From Amoebidium appalachense (taxonomy: Eukaryota > Protista > Ichthyosporea): a stretch of 64,000 nucleotides of DNA. Of the stretch, positions 41,501 through 49,574 are shown piece after piece. How positions within the stretch are numbered: the first letter of the stretch is position 1; each line of letters opens with the position of its first letter. The notes below the pieces were generated by a model. The model saw only the letters and a program-made list of their open reading frames with translations, was not told the origin of the DNA and ran no database searches. The position numbers and the translations under genes are program-made. The stretch spans positions 3,657,716 through 3,721,715 of the forward strand of contig CAVNZM010000005.1 of the NCBI GenBank assembly GCA_963693365.1, written 5' to 3'.

Positions 41501-42835
41501 TCAATAGCTCTTGTAACTACGGCAATATGCAGCAGAGTGCCCTTGCCGGCCACAAAAGTAACATGCACCAAAGAAGGGGCCAGGGGGGACTTCAAAACCT
41601 TGGCGCAAAGCATAACCGGGAGCCCGGTCATGCTGGGGGGGCCCACCGTGTGCACCACGGCCCCCCTTCCCCCCCTGCCCCCCTCGGCCTCTCTCACCAC
41701 CATTTCCACCCCTCCCTCTACCCTGCCCAGCACCACGAGCAAGATAAGGGGCAAACCTCTCGGTGAACTGCTGCTGTTGTCCTCCACGTCCACCTCGGCC
41801 ACGACCGCCGTGTCCACCCCGGTCGCCGCCACGGCCACCCCGGTAGCCGAAGCCCCCTCGGCCCGAGAAGACGGCCTGGGAGAGCTCGGCAACCTGCTTG
41901 ACCAACATGGTGAGTGCATCTGGCTGTTCACCCTCTTTTTTCTCTTTTTCCCCCTTCGGTCCACTCTCCTTCTTTTTCTTGTCTACTTCCATCACTTCCT
42001 TTTTATCCCTCTTATTGAACTTCACCTCGTGCATGGCAAGCAAGTGACGTTTAACATGCAACACCACCTCATCTACATCATCATGCTCCCCAAACATGCG
42101 TGCAGTGTCTGTGTTTACAGAGAGAGCCTTACGAGCAAACTCGAATTTTTCCCTATCACTCACGTCACCTGCTAACTCACAAAGGTCTTCAAAGACCCGA
42201 TACTCCCTCTCAAAGAATGCACGAGCTTCTACGGGGGACATATCTAAAGTGGGAAAGGTATACTTCCATTCTCTGAGCTGGGCCCGGAAGGTACGGCGCC
42301 GGTCGGCCGTCAGGTATCGGCCGACGAGCCGGGCCGTATACTCGAGCTCGTTTTCCGGCCGTGTGAAGGCCTCGAGCTCCCCGTCCACGTCGTCGGTGCT
42401 GTTCTCGTCCTCGTCGTCGGGGATGAACCGTGCGGCCAGACGTTTCTGGCCGAGTGTCCGTGACACCATCTCGTCCCTTCCCTCGTCGTACTGCTGCTCG
42501 TATATACGAGCCGTCACCTGGGGGGCCTGCTCGGCCCGGTACGGGTGCTCCTCCATCAGGGTGCATAAGTCGGCCATTGTTTTGTGGTCGATGCACTGTT
42601 TGATCATTAAGCACGAGGCCGCCACAGTGGGGGCCTTCTTTGTGTCTAGCACTAGTGTGGGTGTGTTAGCTAGGAGTGTCCTGAGCCACCTAGGTATTTC
42701 TGAGTCGTGTTTGAGTATAAAACTGAAAGCTGTGGTCTGTCTAACGTCTAGTGTATGAACCTGTGGTACCTGTGTGTGCAGGGAGCTATCCTCCGCTGCC
42801 AGTGCGTAGAACATGTCTACGTTAAACTGAGCCAT
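41501..42835 (-). CDS. gag: Gag of element B
   Basis: MAQFNVDMF...RPENELE...RGG-rich tract...CYFCGRQGHSAAYC (CCHC knuckle). Homologous to the gag of element C. Confidence 0.88.
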   Translation of the reverse strand: MAQFNVDMFYALAAEDSSLHTQVPQVHTLDVRQTTAFSFILKHDSEIPRWLRTLLANTPTLVLDTKKAPTVAASCLMIKQCIDHKTMADLCTLMEEHPYRAEQAPQVTARIYEQQYDEGRDEMVSRTLGQKRLAARFIPDDEDENSTDDVDGELEAFTRPENELEYTARLVGRYLTADRRRTFRAQLREWKYTFPTLDMSPVEARAFFEREYRVFEDLCELAGDVSDREKFEFARKALSVNTDTARMFGEHDDVDEVVLHVKRHLLAMHEVKFNKRDKKEVMEVDKKKKESGPKGEKEKKEGEQPDALTMLVKQVAELSQAVFSGRGGFGYRGGRGGDRGGHGGRGRGGRGGQQQQFTERFAPYLARGAGQGRGRGGNGGERGRGGQGGKGGRGAHGGPPQHDRAPGYALRQGFEVPPGPFFGACYFCGRQGHSAAYCRSYKSY

Positions 42836-42873
42836 TGTGTGGTGTGTGCCCAAACTTGTGTGGTTGTGTTTAT

Positions 42874-42905
<32 letters not shown>

Positions 42906-42994
42906 CTGTGTGGTTGAGGTGTAGCAACAGCCCAGAAGGAACTGTCACCGCGTTACCCTAGCGCGAAAAACCGCACTAAAAGAAAGGTGTAGCT

Positions 42995-43634
42995 TGTCGT
43001 ATCCTAATATATGTGTACTAGAGACGCGGCACTCTACTAAGTGTACACACACGAAAAGGAACGAACGTGTATAGAAAAACGGTAAAGTTTATTAAGACCA
43101 GGCTCCGACGGGCAACTTAGATCCGAACGGAATGAGTCTAAGTAACGACTGAGGCCATCAAGGCCGTGCCCTACAAGATCATCATCACCTGGCCCCCTAC
43201 GATGCCACATTCCATTAACATTCCGATCTACTTTTATCGTGCGCCTGCACGAGCTAAGTCGATCTACTCAACTAATATATTTATCCAAGTCTCACCCCTC
43301 ACCCTCCCCCTAGTGGCACCGCAGAGTCTAAATCTACATTTCATACTATCCTCCCCCCCCTCCCTCCCCCCTTTCCTCTACATCTACATATATAAATATG
43401 TTTGGCAACATATACTATCAAACCTTGCCAATCCTTACAAAAGGGCTTCTGCCCGAACAATGACATTCCTAAGTCCTCCTACGATCTATCCTACACACTA
43501 ATTAGAATTCTATTGGATGGCTGTCCCGGCTGACGTGGTCCAATGCCCTGCGCCGGCAGAGGCAAGGTGATGCACGCAGCTGCACAGCTATCTTGAGGCC
43601 CCGGACTTGATCTTGATGATCTGTGACCCGGGCC

Positions 43635-43674
<40 letters not shown>

Positions 43675-43727
43675 ATCTCGATCGTAGACTTAGGCTAATC
43701 TGCTGAGACGGATTAGTATATGTCACA
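42995..43727 (-). repeat. 5' LTR of element B (~733 bp, unpaired)
   Basis: Starts TGT exactly where the frame of A resumes and ends ACGACA, followed by AGCTACACC, the same junction seen in element C. Boundaries are inferred because no second copy remains. Confidence 0.75.
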
Positions 43728-44059
43728 CGCTCCGCCGCAGCGACAGCGCAGGCACAAGCTGCCACCCACCCACCCCCAGCTGAACCCACGAAACCTAATA
43801 CCACGCCGCCAGAATTTATTCCCCCAAAAGCGGATGGACGAATGCCCACCTATGAACAGTATGTGTCAGCACAGAAGGCTGATAAACACATTGCGAAAGT
43901 CAGGGCCTACCTGGAAAAAGCACCGGGCTACGAATTATTTGGCAACGAAATCGCGATGGAAGCTAGTCGCTGCACCATAGACAATGACCTTGTGTATGTG
44001 TGGGTCCTAGAACAGCGTGGCCCCCGCAAACCCAGCAAGGAACCACGAATTTGGGTGCC
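43728..44059 (+). CDS. pol: Pol of element A, RH-IN linker fragment between the two nested insertions
   Basis: Open frame RSAAATAQ...MPTYEQYVSAQKADKHI...IDNDLVY...PRIWVP. Joins in frame to VPSTLVRLVLAACHD once element C and one TSD copy are removed. Confidence 0.85.
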
Positions 44060-44667
44060 TGTCATGTGCTGAGCTGATTCGTATTAGTTTACTTCTATAT
44101 TTTGTGTTTTGGTGAGTTAATTTCGGGGGTTTTCTTGCATAGTGATGCCGGGGTCTAAATGGGGTATGAGGAGATTAATCAGTGGTATGGGGAGAATCTG
44201 ATGCAGCGGCGGCTGATTGTTTGGTGCGCGCGTGCATGCCCCATGCCTCTGCGTACTCTCCATGTTAAATGTTGTATTGCTTCTTGCTGTGTGCGTGGCG
44301 AGACCCATGTTGCCTGCTCGCGTGTGTGTATGCTTATTGTATGTATTGTGAGTAAACGTGTGTACGTGTTGTAGTGCTGTAGGGGTGTCTGAGGTCGCGG
44401 TAGCCAATGGTGTGGAGTGCGTGTAGTCTGTGGGGGAGGGAGTGTTGTGATTGGCTGAATGTCACTGTGGTATTTGTCTGGCCAGTGGGCCGCGTGTCTG
44501 TGAAGTGTCTCGCGGGGTCGCGGGCTTTTGGAAGTTCTTCTCAGAACACAAAAAACTCGCTTCCCACCCAACTCAAAGAAAAGTTTATACGTATACACAG
44601 TTTCGAGCCCCTTTAAGCGTGCAGATAGTTAGAGTAGTTTGTATACACTCTGTTTGTTGCCACGACA
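44060..44667 (+). repeat. 5' LTR of element C (608 bp)
   Basis: Direct repeat of 46947-47551. By eye it differs by one substitution and one 3-bp indel. Confidence 0.96.
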
Positions 44668-44780
44668 AGCTACACCCCCTTTCTCTGCAGTTTTTTGCAG
44701 GGAGGGGGCACACGCACTGTTAGTCCTTCAGGGCTGTTGCTTTCACCCCTAGTTTTTTTTTCTTTTCACGCCTAGCGGTT

Positions 44781-46002
44781 ATGAGTGGCTTTGACTTAGG
44801 ACTTTTTCGACAGTTAGAGGTAAAAGAAACATACGCACACACAGGCCTACAGCTAGCAACAGTTGGCATAGGCAACATGAGCAGTAGGACTAGTATCACA
44901 GGGGACTTAGTCCTCGCTAAGGACCTCGCCCTCCCTAGGTGGCTTAGCAAGCTCAGGGCTGTTTGCCCAGCAGAGGCCACTGAGGGGAAGGACGTCCAAA
45001 CCCCTCGAAGGATGGCCACACTCATCATGAACACGGTGGGCTCCTCAATGCTGGAGTTCCAGAAAGTGCTTGAAAGCACACAACTGCCTACCGACGAGCC
45101 GTCTGTGCGCACGGTTGCGTACGCCCGCACAGTGGCGGGTGGAGCCCGCAACCCGGCCGCACTCCAGCTGGCCGCCCGCTACGAAGCGGCCAACGCACAG
45201 GTGCCTATTGTTACAGGCGGCTCCGGGGACGTGGTGGAGGTTTTGCGCCCCGAGAATGAGCTTGAGTGGCTTGACAGGGCGGTGGCCAAGTACCTGGACG
45301 ACGGACGACGACGGGAGTTTGACGCTGATCTCAGACAAGCTAAGTTTACTTACCCCCCCCCTCACCATGTCTGTGACCGAAGCTAGAACCCACTTTGAGC
45401 TGTTTGAAGAAAATTTTCGTGCTCTTGTGTTTCTTGCTGGGTTGGAGAATGATGCTCGTGGAAAGTTTCATGCTGCTCGCTCTCTGTTTGTAGATAGCAG
45501 TCAGTTTGGTGAGCTGTTTGCTCAGCATGAAGAGCAGCATGAGGTAGACTTGGCGTGGAGGGCGGTGAAGAGGCGGTTTTTAGCGCAGTTTGAGAGTAAG
45601 CTGGCTATGAGGGATAAGCATGCTGCTGAGGTCATGGAGGTAAAGCATGGGGCTGGGCAGGACACGCCTACACTCACTGCTCTCTTGAAGCAGGTGGCTG
45701 TGCTCACCAAGCGTCTGGAGGAGAAGGACCAGGAGGGGGACCGGTACAGAGGAGACAGGTACCGGGACCGTGAGAGGGAGGAGGGCAGAGGCCTCAGAGG
45801 GGACCGGCGGCGGTCACCCTCCCCACGGCGCTACCAGCCCTACCAGCCACGGCCACAACGGGATGATGGGCCAGGCTGGCGTCGTCGGGCGGGACAGCAA
45901 GAGCCGGCGCCGGACTCTTTCCCAGGCACCTGCGACAACTGCAAGGAGCGGGGGCACACATACGCGTGGTGCAAACAGCCCCGTCGTGGGGGACGTCGGT
46001 GA
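44781..46002 (+). CDS. gag: Gag of element C (one frameshift in the C9 run at 45353-45361)
   Basis: Shares PRWL, LAAR, RPENELE, MSxxEARxxFE and RDKxxxEVMEV with the gag of B, and ends in CDNCKERGHTYAWC (CCHC knuckle). Confidence 0.88.
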
Positions 46003-46946
46003 CCGTGTTGCAGGTATGAAGGTTTTATTAGAGGGTAGGCCGTCTCTTGGGTTGTTGTTGTTGTATGGGAGTTGTGTGGTGTTATTTTTCGGCATATTTT
46101 CTACTGGTGCCTGGCGTTTTCGACGTGTGTATGAGTCCTGTGTTGGCGACGTGTGTGGTTAGGGTCAGTGGAATAGAAAGTCCTGCTGCTGTCTGGGAGC
46201 TCGGCCCTCTGACGAGGGGGGCTGGGGGGGGGGTCGAAGTGTAGTCATGGCAGTGGCAGGCCCCCACTGTTGTGAACCCCCGTCGTCAAAGGGCCTGGTG
46301 CTGAGGCCCCTTGGAGTGGCTGCCCTGGGCCTGGTGTTGAGGCCCTTTAGAGTGGCTGCCCGTAGTGTTGTTGAGTAGTGTTGTGGTGCCCAGTGCAGCA
46401 GTAGGCCTTAGACACACCGCTGGGTAGGGCACGGTTGGGGCGGAGGCATTCCCAAACCACCGGGACCTACGTAGTAGGAGTCTTTGTCGGGTAGAGGAAT
46501 GGCCAGCAAGAGAGTCTGGAGGTGTACGTCACATGAGTCTGGAGGTGTTCGTCACGGCATGTTAGGTTTTGCTAGGAATTCTTTGTGGATGGGGCATGCT
46601 GAGTGTGGTTGTATGGATGGTGTCTGTTATCATGTCTGTTGCTATGTTCCACTCGATATAACATTGTGCCAGGGGCATGGGGTTTTGGGTGCAGGTTGTG
46701 GACGGGGGCAGAGGTGCATCTACAGGGCAACGTCAGTGGCGGTTCTTATCCTTGTTTTGGGGTTGGGTTGGGTATTAACCATGGTGGGGTGGTGTGTGGA
46801 TGTATGTATATGTTTTATGTTATATGTTAAATGTTGCTTCCTGCATGGGTAGCGGTAGTTGTAGTCGCTCAGCACATAACTTTATTTTGTTTTTAGGTAG
46901 TTTTTACTGAGGTGGAACTCAGTTATTTTCTGTGCGAGGGGGGAGT

Positions 46947-47551
46947 TGTCATGTGCTGAGCTGATTCGTATTAGTTTACTTCTATATTTTGTGTTTTGGT
47001 GAGTTAATTTCGGGGGTTTTCTTGCATAGTGATGCCGGGGTCTAAATGGGGTATGAGGAGATTAATCAGTGGTATGGGGAGAATCTGATGCAGCGGCGGC
47101 TGATTGTTTGGTGCGCGCGTGCATGCCCCATGCCTCTGCGTACTCTCCATGTTAAATGTTGTATTGCTTCTTGCTGTGTGCGTGGCGAGACCCATGTTGC
47201 CTGCTCGCGTGTGTGTATGCTTATATGTATTGTGAGTAAACGTGTGTACGTGTTGTAGTGCTGTAGGGGTGTCTGAGGTCGCGGTAGCCAATGGTGTGGA
47301 GTGCGTGTAGTCTGTGGGGGAGGGAGTGTTGTGATTGGCTGAATGTCACTGTGGTATTTGTCTGGCCAGTGGGCCGCGTGTCTGTGAAGTGTCTCGCAGG
47401 GTCGCGGGCTTTTGGAAGTTCTTCTCAGAACACAAAAAACTCGCTTCCCACCCAACTCAAAGAAAAGTTTATACGTATACACAGTTTCGAGCCCCTTTAA
47501 GCGTGCAGATAGTTAGAGTAGTTTGTATACACTCTGTTTGTTGCCACGACA
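46947..47551 (+). repeat. 3' LTR of element C (605 bp)
   Basis: Direct repeat of 44060-44667, preceded by the PPT and followed by the TSD. Confidence 0.96.
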
Positions 47552-48898
47552 GTGCCGTCTACGCTTGTGCGCCTCGTTTTGGCCGCATGTCACGACGCCC
47601 CAACTGCAGGTCACCTCGACGCAGCACGCACCTTCCACCGTGTTACCCAGACAGCATGGTGGCCACGTGTATGGCAAGACTCGGTGCAGTGGGTAACCAC
47701 ATGCAAAGCCTGTCAATACCGGAAGACACCCCGAATGCAAAAGAAACTACGAATTCACGATGGTTTTATCCCCACCTATCCCTTTCAATACGTGTCTATG
47801 GACATTACTGAGATGCCTACGAAATCTGATCTCAGAGTTTCCCTGTTGGTGTTTCTCGACCTCTTCACTCGCTGGCCGGAAGTGATTTTATTTCACAAAA
47901 CACCCACAGCCGAAGATGTGGCAAAGGCATTCGAAGACTCCATCTACTGCCGTCACGGTCGTCCGGAATTTTTAGTATCAGACAACGGCGCGAATTTGGC
48001 AGCTATGTTGGTCACAGATGTCTGTCGAGTGTTGGCTACAAAACGAATTTTTGCAAGTCCCTACAGCCCCCAGACCAATGGTGCCGTAGAGCGATTCAAT
48101 CGCACACTTAAGAATATTCTTGCCACTCTCGTGCAGGATAAACACCACGAATGGATTGACTACTTACCGCAAGTACTGTTTTCCTACCGCACCGCCTACC
48201 ACTCTTCCTTGGGGGACACGCCATTCTTCATGCTTTATGGCAGAGATCCGGTCGAGCCCCCCCGCCCCCCAATTGCGGCTTCATGTGGGATGGAGACGGA
48301 GGAATACCGTCGAGAACTACTGCAACGAGTGCAGTATGCCCGGCAAACAGTCACACGAATTATGTCTGAAGCTGCCCGTCGTAGTAAAATCACGGCTAAC
48401 AAAAATGCTCGTGAACCCACAGAACTCGAGGGTCTGGTGTTGAAAGCAGTCACAGACTCCACCACCGACCACAGTCTACCCACGGCACTCAGACCTAAAT
48501 GGGAAGGTCCGTATCGCGTCCTGCGGCGCGTTACCGACGCCCCCATGTCTTACGAAATTCAGCGGGTTGGGTCAACGGACACCGTTCGAGCACACGCACG
48601 TCACTTGAAGCCGTATTTTCCCCGTGACGACGTTGATATGACGCCAGCCGACTCTGGTCCGCAAGATTCACCCACCCCCACCTTCGAAGTGGCAAAAATT
48701 ATTGCCCACAAGTACGACTCGGCAACTGCCCAAGCCCTTTACAAAGTTCGTTGGAAAGGGTACACGGCTAAGAACGACACCTGGGAACCTCACTCCGGCC
48801 TGCAAGACACAGCCGCAGGAGCACTCACAGACTACCTAGGTACTTTGGTGGCCGGCCCTGCCAGCCAGCCCGCACGAAAGAAGCGCCGACGTCGCTAA
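47552..48898 (+). CDS. pol: Pol of element A, 3' part: integrase (HHCC, DDE, GPY/F) and chromodomain
   Basis: HDAPTAGH...CKAC; VSMDI, LVSDNG, GAVERFNRTLK; PKWEGPYRV; FEVAKIIAHK...YKVRWKGY...DTWEP; basic tail RKKRRRR. Confidence 0.95.
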   Translation: MPSTLVRLVLAACHDAPTAGHLDAARTFHRVTQTAWWPRVWQDSVQWVTTCKACQYRKTPRMQKKLRIHDGFIPTYPFQYVSMDITEMPTKSDLRVSLLVFLDLFTRWPEVILFHKTPTAEDVAKAFEDSIYCRHGRPEFLVSDNGANLAAMLVTDVCRVLATKRIFASPYSPQTNGAVERFNRTLKNILATLVQDKHHEWIDYLPQVLFSYRTAYHSSLGDTPFFMLYGRDPVEPPRPPIAASCGMETEEYRRELLQRVQYARQTVTRIMSEAARRSKITANKNAREPTELEGLVLKAVTDSTTDHSLPTALRPKWEGPYRVLRRVTDAPMSYEIQRVGSTDTVRAHARHLKPYFPRDDVDMTPADSGPQDSPTPTFEVAKIIAHKYDSATAQALYKVRWKGYTAKNDTWEPHSGLQDTAAGALTDYLGTLVAGPASQPARKKRRRR

Positions 48899-48949
48899 CT
48901 TCCCTCAGCCTGGTGATTTACCGTCTCCAGACCATACCACCAGGCTCCC

Positions 48950-48962
48950 GAGAAGGGGGGAG
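48950..48962 (+). promoter_or_regulatory. Polypurine tract of element A
   Basis: GAGAAGGGGGGAG immediately before the 3' LTR. Confidence 0.9.
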
Positions 48963-49574
48963 TGTAAACATCTGTACACGCCGTACATGTTTACTATTAC
49001 GAATATACTGTACATATCATAGTGATCACGTAGATATTGTGTACATATGATCAGATCAATATCACACGCGACAGCCGCGGGCTGCGGCTCACGACTGAGC
49101 CGCGGCGCCGGCAATATGCAGTGGCCGTGCAGTCAGTATGAACCAATAGAATTCGAGAACCGCTAGGATAGGAATGCAAGTCTCATCCACTACGGAGGCG
49201 ACATCTATAGCTAAACGAACGGAACCAATAAGGAAATCAGACCCAGTTGCATAAACCTAAACGGGCTTAAGTATTGACCAATCATTTGCCACAAAGTTAT
49301 CCTTTTAGTTAGCTTCATGTTATTGGTGCACTGTGTGCACATAAAGACGACCGCACTCTTCTGACTGGTCAGAAGTCACGAAGGCATCAATGCCACCCAT
49401 CCAGATGATCCGGAACCTGGGGGCTATATAAACAAGCCGTCCCAGTACGGGGGATCACTCTGAACGAGCACATTAAATAGTAACCTGGCCGCGTGTGCCT
49501 TACTACCCGTTCTCTGTCTTTATTCTCAGATTCAGTTGTTCTCTGCCTTATCCCAACTAGTTCAACTGTTTACA
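48963..49574 (+). repeat. 3' LTR of element A (612 bp)
   Basis: Direct repeat of 33405-34014, followed by the TSD CTACC. Confidence 0.97.

Larger units (their letters stand above)
39291..43727 (-). mobile_element. Element B: 3'-truncated Ty3/gypsy LTR retrotransposon nested antisense in element A
   Basis: One LTR-like segment (TGTGACA...ACGACA), gag, protease and the RT N-terminus ending at PLPNID. No 3' LTR and no second TSD copy. Confidence 0.9.
44060..47551 (+). mobile_element. Element C: non-autonomous gag-only LTR retrotransposon nested in element A
   Basis: LTRs 44060-44667 and 46947-47551 (TGTCATG...CACGACA), 5-bp TSD GTGCC (44055-44059 and 47552-47556), PPT GAGGGGGGAG at 46936-46945, one gag ORF, no recognisable pol motifs. 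Confidence 0.95.
33405..49574 (+). mobile_element. Element A: Ty3/gypsy LTR retrotransposon with chromodomain integrase, carrying two nested LTR elements
   Basis: Near-identical LTRs with TGTAAACA...TGTTTACA termini, 5-bp TSD CTACC, PBS, PPT, and gag-PR-RT-RH-IN-chromo order. Confidence 0.97.

Noticed and set aside
44615-44690. Tf1-type self-priming for element C (GUAGUUUGU in the LTR pairing with ACAAGCUAC)
   Set aside because: The pairing is short, overlaps the LTR end, and has no equivalent full match in the LTR of element B. Kept only as the alternative to the tRNA-5' hypothesis.
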